Source: Rotaria magnacalcarata (taxonomy: Eukaryota). Taken from it: a stretch of DNA of 57,502 bases. Below the pieces are notes generated by a model. That model ran no database searches. It saw only the letters and a list, made by a program, of their open reading frames with translations, and had not been told where the DNA came from. Positions 1 through 14,180 of this stretch are shown piece after piece. The position numbers and the translations under genes were made by a program. How positions within the stretch are numbered: the first letter of the stretch is position 1; every line of letters starts with the position of its first letter. Location: positions 87,492 to 144,993 of the forward strand of contig CBCSLL010000171.1 in assembly GCA_965140935.1 (NCBI GenBank), read 5' to 3'.

Positions 1-610
1 TTTTCTCGTTTTACTTTAGATTTCTTTGTCAAACCAGACTCAACACAGAATTGAATCGACCTACCCAGAAGTAAGAAAGAATTCTTATCAATATTGAAAG
101 GCTTCTTCGAAAGCATGAGCTGTAACTGTTTATAGAGTATTTCTATTGGACCAAGAGCTTTAGATAAACAATGTTCTTGTCTCATAACTATGAGATATCG
201 ATCGGATCCAACTTTAACTTCTATAGCGCATAATTCAAGACGTGATGAAGTGACGATTTTTCAAGTAGCTGATAATGGTTCTACTTGGATTGTGTTCAAA
301 GGTTTTGTTAAGATGCATGGTAAATTTTTTGTTTGTTTCATTTTCTTCTGAACATTCAATTTCTTGTTCTAGATCCCTTCACCTTTCAATCACAACGCTC
401 AATAGATGATCGTTTTTGTTTAAAACTTGAAATTAATGGTTATCTTGATACGACGATTTCAGCGTGTTGTGAACGTCTCTATCGGGGCGGCGGTCGAATT
501 GACGATGGCGATAGTTCATTTTGGATAGAAACTGTTGAGCAATATACATCATGTGCGAAGTAGGTGGGAAAGAAAACAAGTATCAAAAGAATATTCATAT
601 AAAATTTCAG

Positions 611-1549
611 ATGTAATGACAGCATTGATTTGTCACAAGCACCTGATGATGAGAAAATGATCCATACTACGGTAAGATTCTCAAGAAAACGCGAGCCAAC
701 AGAGTAGGCCCTACTGTTTTAACTATCTGAGATGTCGAGTAAACCAACGCTGTTCATTACTCATAATTCTAAACTAGGTAAAGATTTTTTTATGAGATGC
801 TAGCTTTTGACTCAGTTTCGTAGTTCGAGCTCCAGTTGAAAATCTCTTAGATGAACTAGAATGAAAGGTGGAATACCGCAAATTGTTAACGACTAGAAAT
901 GTTATTTGTTCAGAGTGCAACTAGTGAAGAAAGTGAAGCAGACGAGGATCAATCTGTAGGTAAGTACTCGAATCCGAGGGAATGACTGAACAACAATTTG
1001 TTTGCTGTCTTCTATTGAAGCATCGGAAAAGTCGACTGAAAAGAGTAAGCCGTCCGAAGTGAAATATGCATCGCCATCAAAGGTAATAAGAACCCCTGAA
1101 AAATTAGAATTTGAAGTTTATTTCGATAAATTTTAGCCCTCAATGGACCTCCCATCATCATCCTCATCCACAGGTAATTCGTAATGATAATAACACTAGT
1201 CGATAACTTCTCCTTATAGACACGAAAAAAGTTCCTGGCACGCCTGTCATAGCTCCGACAATTCAATCACCCCTGCTTCAGCCACCTACTTCGCATCAAC
1301 CTCAAGCTGTAGCTGTTCCTTCTCCTCCGCCACCATCGCTATCGACTGTTCATAAATCCGCTACTCAAAAAGGTAACTATGATCGTGTTTCTTTCAAAAT
1401 GTTTTGATCTAAGAAAATAGCGGACAGAAAAGATATTCATCTATTGTGATAGACCCATCGGTCTCTGTTTCCAAAATACAAGTCGAACCAGCCATTAATG
1501 AATCTACTCTGTTTAAATACGTCAGCGATGTTATGCAACAAGGTATACT
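611..1549 (+). CDS. 5' small exons of gene A (approx. 611-672, 912-958, 1020-1082, 1137-1176, 1219-1375, 1449-1549), encoding a Ser/Pro/Gln-rich N-terminal region. The first exon may be 333-565 or lie upstream of the window.
   Basis: Short open frames bounded by AG acceptors and GTAAG/GTAAT/GTATA donors, with phases that chain consistently into the large exon at 1601. The peptide is low-complexity and P/S-rich (e.g. TIQSPLLQPPTSHQPQAVAVPSPPPPSLSTVHKSATQK). Confidence 0.35.
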
Positions 1550-1600
1550 TATATAGTGATTACGAATGATTTCTCTATGATATCAATTTCATTATTGCAG

Positions 1601-3561
1601 CTTTATCCAAACCTAAACCTAGACAAACAATTTCACCGCGACGCATTGGCAATGTTGAGGATTTTACCATTCTATACATCAATCAAGATGAAGACAAAGA
1701 TCTGAGTCTTCTTCATTCTACAGTAAATTCTATACGTACAATTAGTGATTCAAGCACATTAGGAACATTGTTATCAGCATGCACAGAAGAAAAGTTCATT
1801 GTTGTGATGTCAATCAATCAAGCCGAAGTAGTTCTTTCCGAACTTCAACAGTACAAATGTATCCAATCAATTTATTTATTATCCAAACAGCCGCATCCAC
1901 CTGAATCGATCAATGGTTATGGTAATGCCATTGAGATTTATCGAAATATTGAATCAGTTTGTGATCATTTAATCAAAACATTGCGTCATATTCCTGCTCG
2001 AGTAATCCCAATGGAAATCACATCGAAAGATAGCGTTTCTGATTTACCATTTACTTACTGTCAACTTTTGAAAGAAACGATTCTTTGTCACGATGATGAA
2101 AGTGATTTAAGAAAAGATATGCTGACATTTTGTCGTACTCATTATGCCCATAATCAAGACGAAGTCCATGAAATCGATGAATATGAAAAATCCTTTATCG
2201 ACACGCATAGTATTCAATGGTATACACGCTATTGTTTCTTGACAAAAATATTATCACGCGCATTTCGCACGCAAGAAATTGATCTTTTATTTAAAATGCG
2301 TTATTTTATTCAATGTCTTCATAAACAAATTCAATCAATTGCTATCAAAGAACCGATCACTACTTATGCTATTTTATATGTTGAACAAGAAATCATTCGA
2401 AACTTTCAAGGAAATATTAATGGATTAGTTTTATTTCGTTCATTCCTTCCGGCAACATTCGAACGGCCCACATTGATGGAATATCAAAATAAAGACACAC
2501 AACGATATCTAATCTTTTCAATTCGACTTGGACCCGACTGTGCAGCTAATATTGAACAGTTGCGTAGCTCTGATTGCAAAATCGATGTTCTGATTAATAT
2601 TGATACTGTTTTTCGTGTAGTTTCCATTGATGAAGGCGAGAATGAAGTTCATACAGTCAACTTAGAGTCTGTTTCGCTCGATGATTCTCATTTTCAACAA
2701 CTAACTGAATCCTTACGAAAACAAATAAAAGCATCAGTGGTCATTTTACAATTAACAAAGCTTCTCGCAGAGACTGATCACTATTGGGAAGGTGATTATC
2801 TTACTGAATCAATTTATCAAGATAAATCTTTTGAGGGCGATGGGACATTGTTGGCTGGTTTAGCGGCTGCGCATCATCTTCTAGGCAATGTCGATGATGC
2901 CAAAAGAGATTTTGAAGCAGCACGTTATCAATTCTTTAAATCGTTACGCGCATTTCAATTATTTTTACCGTATAATCATTCACTGTTATCATCTAGTTAT
3001 AACAATATCGGTAGTATGTTCTATCAAGATGATCATCATGAATGTGCAGTTAAATTTCATGAAATGGCTCTTGAATGTCAATTAAAAGCATCAAGTCCTG
3101 ACATGGATGCTGTAGCAACATATTCGGCAAATATTGGCGCAGTTTATGTAGATCAAAAGAGCTATGCTGCAGCAACGAAACATCTAGAACGAGCAGCGAT
3201 GATCCTAGAGAAGATGTCAATGAAAGACAATCCAAAACGTTTGATTTCCATTTTTCAGAAAATTTCCAACTGCTTTTGGCGCACAGACGAACCCAAGCAA
3301 GCATTGGAATACTATAAGAAAACATTGGATCTTCAACTTAAATTAATAAATCCATTGCCACATCCATTGTCTGTCACTTATTATAATCTTTCAACTGCTT
3401 ATGTACGTATCGGTGACTACGATGAAGCTGTGACATGTGCAGAAAAATCAGTCGAATATTTGCGGATGATCTCAGAGAATCATCCAGAGTTGAAAGAAAA
3501 TCAAGCTCAATTGGAGATTGTTCGTCAAAAGCAATGGCTCAAACAAGTTCTCTCGACATAG
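1601..3561 (+). CDS. Terminal exon of gene A: shared N-terminal alpha/beta domain, then a degenerate (predicted catalytically dead) R-S-E ADP-ribosyltransferase-like domain, then C-terminal TPR repeats.
   Basis: A 653-codon open frame starts after acceptor ttattgcag at 1599-1600 and ends at TAG 3559-3561. It is paralogous to genes B and C in this window (IQSIYLLS~SIYIFCG; WYTRYCFLTKILSRA~WYTRETFIYRMLNAA). At the aligned ART motif positions it reads YVE / PAT / KID where B and C have YRG / STS / E-x-E. Classic TPR-like helices are present (SMFYQDDHHECAVKFHEMALECQLK; AYVRIGDYDEAVTCAEKSVEYL). Confidence 0.75.
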
Positions 3562-5590
3562 GATTGAATACATGTCGATTGATTGACTGAAATTGATTTT
3601 CAACACTATTCACATATTCTTTTTTTTTCTACCATTCATATTATTTTAGATAAATCACGAACTGATGACTACGATAGATAATAGACAGTAAGTGTAAAAG
3701 ATGCGGCAAACAAAGGTTTATCTTAGCAAAACATTTTTCTAGAATTTTAGCGGTTGATCGATCTGCAAAAAAATCTTCTATGAACAAGTCGAAACAACGG
3801 ACAGCATCGAGCGACGTAAGATAAAATAAATGAAAACATTTTCTCGTCATAGATCGCTGACTGCTCTAGAATACATCTGTAAGTATTCCTGAGAATTCTT
3901 GTGCGGTAACAATGATGTATCTTGGACCACAAATGGTAAAATCCAATGGTCCTTACAAGTTTAAAATTCATGCTGATGAAATTTTAATCCTACAATCTCA
4001 CACTACGACTGGCACTAAATCGATTTTCAAAGGATGTCTAAAGCCCAATGGTAGAAACGCATTTATCGATATTCGTTAGCGATGATTATCAACCGTTTTC
4101 TAGATGAATTCACTTTCAAATCATATCGTTTGATTGATCGTCATCTTGCTATTACTATCTATATCAATGGGATCATTGATCAGCACATTTTTGTTTGCTG
4201 TGAAAAAGGCTTCGTTAACCAATCTCATTTTCAAACAAGAAAAAGTTCATGTCAACTTATATCGATTACCGGAGGAATACCATGCGAGACGTAAGACATT
4301 ATCGATCGACTCAATTTTTGTTCTCTGATACTTATGAATTTACATTAGTTGTCAGTCGCATGAATTGATAAAATTTTTCCCAAATGAACTGGAACAGAAT
4401 GATGCCAATCATATCAGACTTCCCAGTGCTCAATCAGTTTCTCGATCGGTGAGTTTCAAAGAGGAATTTTAATCAATAATAGCTGACTCATTCAAGTCAT
4501 CTACGATATCCACCAAAGATACGGCGAAAGAGCTAACGCTTACCGAGTTAGCTTCAAGCCCATTAACAAAGTCTAAACCAGTTAAAGTTAAAACGAAAGA
4601 TAATATCGAACAGACGCCATTACCAGATGCTACTTCGGCTAAATACAATCCGATCAAAGACTCAAGCAACACTGGAGTAATCACACCAACATTGAATACT
4701 ACCATATGACCATCATCATTTACTTAATTTAGGCATCGATAGACAATCAAGGACAGAAAAATGTCAACAAAGAAGTTCATCAACAAGTGAAAAACATAAT
4801 TTGATGAATAAAACGTGTTAATTGATCGATTGTTTCTAGGATAATCAATCGATTGGCAAAACGGAAGTATAGTCAATTTGTAATTCTTGATTTTGTTTGT
4901 CATATGCAGAGTCTCTTCAACTAGACATCTAAAGACGCAGCAACAGGCTCGAAGGAATCCGATCAAATTGTTAGCAAAATTATGAATGAAGACAGAAAAA
5001 GCAAGCATCTCTTTCCAGAGGAATTTTTAATATCGACTGATCAAAGATACGTTCGTTTGTTTTATTTTAGCAAATATTTCATTAGCAGCCAGTCGTAGAA
5101 TGGAGCAATTACTGAACAGCTATTTAAAATTGTTACTTCCACAGACGAAGTCGAATGGAACTGCGGAAAAGGATACAATGAAATCATCGACAAATAATTC
5201 AGACCCAAACAATACGACTGAATCGTTCACTTACTCCAACCCGACAGGTTGGTAGTCGTGTTATCAATCGATTGAAAAGAAATGGTTGTGCAACTATGAG
5301 AAAAAAGGAGTAATGCTGAATTAACGAGGTTCTATACAATAATACTGAACTATAAAAAAAGGTGCTCGATCCAACGGTACTGAGAGCAGAAAAAAATATT
5401 GTTTACCATATGATTATTATGAAATATTTTTTTTCAAGATTAGCACAAGACATACCCTTTTAAAATATACGTAGTTTAGTGCGCATTCGACAAAACTATC
5501 TCATCGCGTATTTATTTTCTTTTAAGTTGAGATACAATATCAAGATATAATAAATATGATAAATTACTATAAAATCATATTACTGAGCCT

Positions 5591-5671
5591 GGGTGTGGCT
5601 GTGACTGTTTGGGTGAGTACATTTTGGTTTCTATTGCCATATCAACCCATCCCCACACCCACACCACACCC
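5591..5671. repeat. Telomeric-repeat-like hairpin H1 (degenerate): G-rich arm gggtgtggctgtgactgtttgggtgag and C-rich arm caacccatccccacacccacaccacaccc.
   Basis: Inverted G/T-rich then C/A-rich arms read directly; complementarity is imperfect. Confidence 0.5.
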
Positions 5672-6125
5672 TATATTATTTGAATTAAGTCAATGTTCAA
5701 TAGGCTCACTTTATTCGTCTCAGTGAGAGCTGCAAAGGCGGCAGTATGTGCTTATAATTTTAAGCACTATTTGCTATTTTTTCCGCTGTTTATCAACAAA
5801 TTGAAAGGACTGACTTATATCATTTTGTATGCCGGAAGACCACCAGTAAAATGACCCTGTTAGATTTATGTTCTATACAAGACCTAAAGATATTATTACG
5901 AACGCACACTAAATACAATACAAATACCAATCTGAGCTCTGATAAGGGTAGATTCATTGTGAGGATTGTGTGTTTTACCTAACCACAGAACTCACGGAAA
6001 CGTTCTGCAATACTCCTTTTTTCTCACAGAAGTTCTCATTGAAAATCACACTGGCGAGTTTCTTCTCATCAGTAGAGCTCAATAGAGAGACGAAAGCTAA
6101 AATTCAATATACAAACTCAACGTCA

Positions 6126-6748
6126 ATGTCAGTCATCGAGAGTAAGGCAGAAAGTTTCGTTCTAATCTGGCTGGATCAAACTATCAAGAAGAACAAAGAT
6201 ACTGTTGATTCTGAACAAAAACTTCGTGCTATTGTCAATTCACTAGTTACTTGCCATACAATTAATGAAGCCATGGATTTGATCGAACAAGTTCAGGATC
6301 AGCAAATTTATTTGATCGTATCTGGCAAACTTGGAAAGCAAATTCTTTCAATGAATCAAATCGTCGACTCTTCTAAATTGAATTCTATCTATATCTTTTG
6401 TGGTGATCAAAACGAAAACAAAGAATTACTTCAACTCTCCAATAAAGTACGCGCCATCTTCGTTGAAATCGATCCATTATGTGCTCGTTTGAAAGACGAT
6501 ACAGAACAAGCGTTGAAAAATCTTCTACCTATGTCTACTACATCAGGAACTTCAGCGGACGAAAAAAATCAAGTGAAATTTCTCTGTTCACAACTTCATC
6601 GTGATCTACTTTTCACTATGGAGTACAGTAATAATGCAAGACTGGAACTCGCTGACTTTTGCTCCAGTGTATACAAATTGAGTCCGACTCAACTCAAGTG
6701 CATCCAGGAATTGAAAACTGAATATCATGCTGGCAAAGCAATCTGGTG
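6126..6748 (+). CDS. Gene B exon 1: shared N-terminal alpha/beta domain (FVLIWLD...IYLIVSG...SIYIFCG), ending ...KAIWW.
   Basis: ATG at 6126 within ORF 5970..6752. The donor tg|GTAAGA at 6749 splits the second Trp codon. This exon is homologous to exon 1 of gene C and to genes A and D. Confidence 0.6.
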
Positions 6749-7073
6749 GTAAGATAAACTTTTGAATGCTTTCATCAAATACTATTCATGATAAGACCTC
6801 ATTGATGAACTGTGTATTTCCTTATTTTAATCCTAACATCCATTTTGTGAAAGGTCAACACTTAGAGACGAAATCCGATCACATAAAAACACTCGCAGCT
6901 TCCGCTTATTAGGACGTATCAAACAGAATTTAAGCATCGCAATGGTTAGAAACGTCCACATATGATGGGTATTGACCTGTTTGAATCTTAATAATTCAGT
7001 TTCATGATAAATGGCAGAGTTGATCTGTATTGAATTACCGGAAATAGATAGGCAAAGATTCTTTGTCTTTTAG

Positions 7074-8523
7074 GTACACTCGACAAACATTTCTATTCAA
7101 AATGCTCAACACAGCTCTTTTGACTCAAGATATATCAATCTTATACAAGTTTCATTTTTTTATCAAAGATTTGCATATGCAACTGGAACAAATGCATAGT
7201 TTATACAAACCATCGTTGGAATCGCGTGTTTTTACTGTTTATCGTGGATTAAATATGTCCTCGGAAGATTTCGAGAAAACAATACGGGGCGAAATCAAGA
7301 ATTTAATTGCATTTGATAGTTTTCTTTCGACTAGTTTAGACGAAAATGTAGCCAAAGAATTTGCTTTGGATAAACAGGATCCTAAAAATGAGTCGGTTGT
7401 TTTTCATATGGAAATCGATGCTGATCAAACGGAACGGCCATTCGCGGATATATCTCGTTGGAGTAACTTTAAAAATGAACGTGAAGTTCTTTTCTCAATC
7501 GGAACTGTTTTTCGAATTGATGATGTAGCAAAGGAAAAAACAATTGATGGCATTTGGACAGTTCACTTAAGTACTGTCAGTGAAAAAGACGAACAATTAC
7601 AAAAGGAAACGCAACAAATACAAAGCACTCTATTAGAATTTTTCCAAGGTGTCCTTCATGCTCAACGCGAGGCTAAAGCTAAGTATGACGAGAAAATTCC
7701 CGGCAGCAATGCTAATGTAGCAAGTATGCATTACAAACAAGGCGAATACGAGGATAGCTTAATTTTCTATGAAAAAGCTTTGGAGGCTTTCAACAACTTA
7801 AAATCACCCGATCCATTGACAAAGGCAGCATATATCAGCAATGTTGCCAAGACACACATGTCATTGGGACACGATGATGCAGCTTTAAATTTATACAAAG
7901 ACGCTTTATATATTCGTCGTCGTTTGTGTGAGCCCAATGATCCGTCATTAATTCATACATTGCATACCATCGGTCATATTTATCGTGGGAAAAAAAATTG
8001 GAATGAAGCTTTTGAACAATATAACGAAGCATTAAAGCTACAACTGTTATCTATTGAGTCTTCTGGTTTATCGGATCCCTCGTCCATCGCTGTTACTTAC
8101 ATTTGTATTGGTAATATTTTTCATCATCAAGAGAGGTATCAAGAGGCGCTAGAATCATTTTTAGAAGCGCTCCAACAGCAACACAAGCATTTGTCGGAAC
8201 AGCATCCTTTTTTAGCATTTCTCTATAATAATATCGGTGCGATGTATTATAAAATTAAAAAATATGATTTAGCTTTGGAAAATCAACTCAAATGTTTGGA
8301 AATCGAATCAAAAGCACTACCAAAAGAGCACAAAACATTTGCTGAAACATATAAAAACATTGCCACAACATATGAAAAACGTCGACAATTCGATGAAGCA
8401 ATTGAATTCACCCAAAAATACATCGATCAATTAAAACTTCACGACTCAAAAGGTAGCAAAGAGCTCAATGATGCGATGCAATTGCTCAAAACAATTCAAA
8501 TAAGTCGAGACAATAGGAAGTAA
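7074..8523 (+). CDS. Gene B exon 2: arginine-type mono-ADP-ribosyltransferase domain with an intact R / S-T-S / E-x-E triad, followed by TPR repeats.
   Basis: Acceptor cttttAG at 7072-73 restores ...AIWW|YTRQTFLFKMLN, matching gene C where the same region is continuous. Motifs read FTVYRG, FLSTSLDE, RPFADIS and NEREVLF. The TPR block runs from about AKYDEKIPGSNANVASMHYKQGEYEDSLIFYEKALEAF to the end. Stop TAA at 8521-8523. Confidence 0.8.
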
Positions 8524-9071
8524 TGACATTCATTGTTGCTGTTCTTCTCGCTCTTATTTTGAAAAATATCAGTGAAAAAGACATTTTTTGAAGAATTGTT
8601 TTCAGCTATCACAACACGTTTTGATCTTGCTCAAAGATCTCATGAGGTGGTTTAAAATAACTTTGTCCTAAATTACGTATGTTTAATATCTCAAAGGAAT
8701 AAATCTTTCAAAAAATTAAAATCTAATTGATTAATCAAAGTGTACGTGTATCTACTGTAAATCGTTTGGTTTGTTTCACTGTCACAGTTAATCCACCCAA
8801 CGGTACTCATATTGATCGGTGATTGCCTAGAATAATCAATTCACAAACAGATCGATATATCTCTTGGCGAGGCAGACAAATTAATCTGCTACTCTCAACT
8901 CTTACTTTTCAGTATAGAATATTAGGACCAGGAATCCATCGATTTACATGTCGTTCGAAACAGAATTGAATTTTGCACAAAGCTTTATGAACCCTTTTGA
9001 AAGCAGACCAAGAAGTCTTGTTGGAAATATGAAACACACTGTCAGTCATAAGTCTTGTAGCTTCCTTCTTC

Positions 9072-9118
9072 AGGGTGTGGGTGTAGGTATTGCAATGACC
9101 CTGCACACCCACACCCTC
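9072..9118. repeat. Telomeric-repeat hairpin H2: agggtgtgggtgtagg - tattgcaatgac - cctgcacacccacaccctc.
   Basis: Near-perfect 17-19 nt inverted arms of (GGGTGT)n-type repeat with a 12-nt loop. Lies between the convergent 3' ends of genes B and D. Confidence 0.75.
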
Positions 9119-9517
9119 ATTTCTGACTGGTCATGTCGGCAGTCTCCCTTCATTTTTTGCTTACTTGGGTCGTCTATTCATTTTATCGGCCATATAGATT
9201 AACCTGATCGAAGACAACTCATATGACTTTAAGCATTTCTAGCTTCATCAGCAGCTGCAATCTCAAGCTTTGCAGCGCTAGGCCAGTAAAAGAGGAATTA
9301 ATTGCCACGTCTTGATAATCTTGTTATATCAGGTCACATTATCGACGAACGTCTGATTCTCTTGGCTTGAATTCAAAATTTTTATTATAATGGTACCTCA
9401 CAAGTCTTCTATTTCAACCGATAATGATGGATAGTTAATTTCAGAAGAACAGAAAACAACAAAAAAAACAAATTTCTATTTCTATATTTTGTCTATGTCT
9501 GCTGTTTTAAATATTTT

Positions 9518-11292
9518 TTATCTATTAGCTTCCCACCAGAAATAATTCGCTAAAGCATGACAAACTCTTTTGTAATCCAAAACCAATTGTTGCAATTCTG
9601 GTGAATCAGGTTGAAAATCTGAATGCAGTTGTTTTAGATGATCGATGCCAAATAATAATAATCTGTAGTTCAGTTCCTCAAAATTGATTATATCAAAAGT
9701 AATATTTTCAAATCTTTTCCTATAACGTCTAGTCCAACTAGTTGCAAATAAGCGATCTTCAGCAGGACAAAAAATTTTTATTTCTTCAAGATTAGGTGGT
9801 ATATTATCAACACTAGACAACCAGTGTTGGATGTTATCGTCATAACCAAATAGTGTAACCAGTTTTTGAAGATTTGTCTCTATATGATTTCGACATTGTA
9901 CTGTATCGTTGAAAACTCGAACAAAAGACATCAAATCAGAATTAGGTAATGGAATAGCTACAGCTACTCCATTCTGTTCGTAAAGTAGAAGAGTGAAATG
10001 GCTACCATTGTGGTAAACGTTATTGTTAAATTTAATAGTGTGAATACTTTGCATCTAAAATGAAGCATGGATAAAAATCTGGTTATGTGTACAAATTAAG
10101 CAAGAATATGCATATTGAATTTCTTTTGATGTAAAAATAAATGTTAAAAAACTTTAAAATAAGTTTATCAATGTATTTTCAGTTGTTTTGCATTGTTTTG
10201 GCATGACAATCAGGCTAATTTTGATATGACGGAGACGAGTATTGTTGTGCCATTAAGTGGTACGGTTTCATTTGTAGACACTGATTTGTATGCTTTTTTC
10301 AATTCGACATGGATTTGATTAGCTACTGCATTCTTTTCTTCCGCTAATGATGATTGATCGGATTCTAACAATTCCATTGATTCCTTTTTACAACATCGAT
10401 ATATTTCATCGGCCAATTGGAAGATGAGGTCTTCATCATTATCGAATCGTTTTCGATAATCGACTTTGTTTTTATCATTTTCTAATATGAAAATTGCTTC
10501 ACCATGTTCTAGTTCGCCTGCCATTCCAGCAGCACACTCACTACTTACAAAGAATAGCGTGGTCTTATTAGGCAGATGCTTTAAATCGAGAATTGAAGCA
10601 TGGGTTTTAATGATTATTGAATCTTTCATCAATAAACACAAACAATTTAACATGGCCGAGGCTCGTTTATTTAACCGTGTCAACAAGTCAATAAGAACAA
10701 ATTGAAAAGTAGTGAGACAAGCTAAACCAGAAATCATAATGTTTCATGTTGTTTATTTAACATGCAAGCGCATACCTGGCTCAATTTGTGTACGCTTCTT
10801 CCACGGATTCTCTATTTCAGATATGTAAGTACAATCATGTGATCGTTTTATAGCCACCTTATCAGATTTTGGTCTGCCCATCATTGCCGGATCCGTCAAA
10901 TTTCTCGATATTTGTTTTATGAGTTCGTTTTTGTCAGAACTGACAATGCGCACTTTTGGATACTTTTGTGCCCATCGATTCGAAGTTTTACGACCCCAAG
11001 AACATAAATAAATAGCAATGATGGATTGTGACTCGTGAAATTTTGGTATAATTTTATTTTGAAACTTATTAGACAGAATAAGAATAATCTGTTTCTGTGA
11101 CTTGTACGATTCGAACCACTGTTGAAATTGAACGCAATCAACGATTGAGGTAATATCGATATGATTTTGCTCTAAGTTTTGTATAACTGTTTGAATCCGA
11201 TCGCTTTGTTTAGCATTTGAATCGAGCCAAACAAATGCAAAATGTTTCAAAGTCTGTATTTCTTTCGTTGATATAGATGCAATGTCATCCAT
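9518..11292 (-). CDS. Gene D: truncated paralogue carrying only the N-terminal region of the ART-TPR family. Exons approx. 11292-10776, 10721-~10213, 10054-9518. It ends ...ANYFWWEANR* exactly where the ART domain begins in genes B and C.
   Basis: Three minus-strand ORFs. A 54-nt intron runs from donor cag|GTATGC to acceptor tggtttAG. The third exon begins at cattttAG|ATG. Sequence is homologous to the family (FAFVWLD...IILILS...IIAIYLCS; DYKRVCHALANYFWW~TEYHAGKAIWW). The exon 2/3 junction is not resolved. Confidence 0.5.
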
Positions 11293-14055
11293 TGATTTTG
11301 CTGGACATAATCAAATTAAATAAATTAGTCGCAGTGTTTGACGAACAACAGAAATGACTACTTTTGAAGATTTTATTTCGATTGGTTCTTAGGCACTCTA
11401 ACACTTCTCATTGGCTTATCATGAGCAAAGTATGGCATATGAGGGTGTATGGATGTGAAAAGAAGAAAGGCATGGGTGGTAATGACTCCCTACGTCTGAA
11501 ATATTCTATGCCAGTGCCACCCTCGTATTTTTAACACTCATGCATTTAGTCGCCGAATTATAACGCGTACCGATGCTACATTCACTGGGTGAGAACATAG
11601 GCACCTGTGAAAAGCATACTGAAACTCACACTATGTGAAACATGTGATGATAACTATTTTGAAATACCAATACTATATGTTGAATGACGCGCATCAAAAG
11701 CCGCTAGATTTTACGAATATTTTCGTATGATGTAAATATTTTCATTCTAATAAGTTCAGTTCTATGTATTGATACAGATCTCTTATGAAACACGATCTCG
11801 AATCGATATTGAGGAGAAAATCAGTAATATGGGTTCTACTTCTTTGCATATGCTGTCTCTTTGATAAACAATCCTTCTACAATTTAGAACTATTCTCATT
11901 TATTCTGTCTTCTGATGAAATAACGAAATGAATTTGTTCAGCAGATAATGACTTACGTAACCAATATAGTCTCTGCGTCTTACTAAACTATTCTTTTCTA
12001 TCCTACTGTATTTGATGCACGCATTATGCATGGCATTCTCTCTTATCTATTTTTTTCATTTGAGAAAATTCTCATTAGTCAACATTGCTTTGTAGTCAAC
12101 ATTTGGGTTTTTCGTACTCCATATCGCGTATACATTGCGTACACAAATTGGATCCAATCAATATAGAAATCAACAGCAAATCATAATCTGCTTATATTTC
12201 ATTGAATAACTGTTTATTCATGAAAACAGAATACGCTCATCGCTAGTGCAGCAGTGACGTTTTTGAGAAAATATACAATATTTTAGCAGTTAGTTTTCAC
12301 TAAATAAGGAAAATTCAAATGTATACGCTACTTGATTTATGACTTGTAAGTTGAACTGGATTAGTGTATAATGATTGTTTTAATTAAGGTTCACGGTATG
12401 CTCTTTATAATAAATCTGAAACAAAAGTATTATGTTGCTAACATTTATTAGACAGTCACACGAAGTTGTGTAAACCGTCTGGTATATATGCACGTTTTTT
12501 TTTTGTTTTCTATTAATGAACCTTACTACCATTACGGGCCTCAAGCTATATTTACCGATTCATCCTTTTAAATGCAAGTATTTCACTAAAGCTGATAAAA
12601 ATTAAAAAAGAACAATAGCAGATATAAGAACATGATACAAAAAGAAGAGGATGTATGTGATACACACTAAAGAAAAATTTGTCGCAAGATATAATGTCGC
12701 AGGCTCAATGACAAGAAATGTGTCATATTTAGAATGTATCGTACAGAAACGGAGAACTCACCCGATTACACTGCGTCACCTGGCCCCGGATGTGACGATT
12801 TTAGATAGAAGAGATGCCTGTGCTGATGGTATTACACTTTATTTAACTCTTCAAATCATAGATCGCATCGATTACATATAAAGCACACGCTTAAATACTC
12901 AACCATTTGAGAGAACGAAGAAGAAGGATAGATAAAGACAAATATAAAGGACAGAAAGATAGAGGCAATAGGTGTGATGAGAATAAATGGCACCATAAGA
13001 CCAAATATTATGTATAGGTTACACTCGAACGAGAGTATTACACTTCCGGATGGAATTTGGACGCTCTCCGCATATAACGTTACACCGGAGCACGACGAAA
13101 TGGTTTTAGATTGGACGAGCTGCTCACCACGGTCAGATCCTGGTTAAGATTTTCGGGTCGGCTCTAACAGAAAAACTGGAAATTTCCCACGTAAGTAATT
13201 TTAGCATCAGATTCGAGTATTTCCTGTCCGGATTCACCTGTAGAAACGTCAAGTAAATAGAGGGGTCTGTGCCAAAAATACCGATTTTAATTCTATGTAA
13301 ATATTTTGTAAAAACAATATATCTTGTGCGAATTCGCTTTTAGATCTGTGCTGATTCACTTCTTGGTTTTGCTGGATGCATAATTTTATTCTCTATCGAA
13401 TGATATGATATTTTGAATGGGGTCGTCGAGCAAAAATTGGGTGTTTCGGACGAAATATTGCCTGAGACCCATGTTTTTGGGTGGGAATCTGACTGTGGGT
13501 GTAAACGTAATTCGAGAGAAAAACATGTCGAAAATAAAGCTACCAGTCTATTACGGAGTGAAAATAGATTCAAATTGTTTCCGGGATCATCTATAATGAG
13601 TTGACATCCTCAGGTATAGTCGCACCCAGAATTACACCCCTGCCCTCACTGATATTGGCTCTAGTACTGAGGCTCCTATTATTCATTGATGTAGCGGAGA
13701 TGCGACATCATTTCGATGAAGAGACATGCAACAAAGTTTTATATAGTATGACGGCATCGAAATAAGCCAGCTGACAATTCAATAATCACAAGATATTTTT
13801 TCACATAGTGTTTCACGGGTTCTCTTAAGAAAATTTAGTATGTCGCTGTTTTTATTCTATCATCCCATCATGCCGTCACCTAGTGATTGAAAATAAATAA
13901 TCAAAGCAGTTCTTTAAAAAATACCTACTTTTCGAAGTAGGATGAAGAACGCCTACGCAAAACGAAATTCACAACTTTTTCTATAGAATTTCTGACGAAG
14001 TGAAGCATACATTGGTTTAGACTTTAGGGGTGGTCATTTAGTGTTACTTTACTAA

Positions 14056-14180
14056 ATAAAGATAAATGAATCGTTTATCTTTAGAAAATAAACATAAATG
14101 AATCGTTTATCTTTAGAAAATAAAGATAAATGATTCATTTATCTTTAAAAACTAGAGATAAAGGAATTATTTATCTTTAG
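14056..14180. repeat. Tandem repeat, ~3.5 copies of a ~36-bp unit that is itself palindromic (aaagataaatgaatcgtttatctttagaaaataaac).
   Basis: Read directly. Confidence 0.75.

Noticed and set aside
333-563. ORF 333..563 as an independent gene.
   Set aside because: It is more plausibly a 5' exon of gene A (donor aa|GTAGGT at 564 is phase-compatible with the exon at 611). It is unsupported as a stand-alone gene and is left as a low-confidence exon.
1768-1770. ORF-track start codons at 1768 and 25776, which are TTG.
   Set aside because: These are alternative starts called by the ORF finder. The frames continue upstream to splice acceptors at 1599-1600 and 25765-66, so they are internal exons, not translation starts.
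2888-3325. Nested or antisense ORFs inside large exons (2888..3085, 3050..3325, 7835..8032, 40427..40630, 41066..41341, 46035..46262, 46052..46234, 46438..46860, 47688..47888, 51158..51355, 19026..19223).
   Set aside because: Each is fully overlapped by a much longer, homology-supported coding frame on the same or the opposite strand. They are alternative-frame noise.
8909-9202. ORFs 8909..9112(-), 8948..9202(+), 48183..48365(-), 49125..49382(+), 14338..14556(+) and 14561..14782(-).
   Set aside because: These arise from reading through the hairpin or foldback repeats (the GV/HT dipeptide runs come from GGGTGT). The mirror-image ORF pairs simply reflect the palindromes.
11449-11530. A possible tenth telomeric hairpin (gagggtgtatggatgtg ... 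gccaccctcg).
   Set aside because: The arms are only weakly complementary and weakly repeat-like, so it was not counted.
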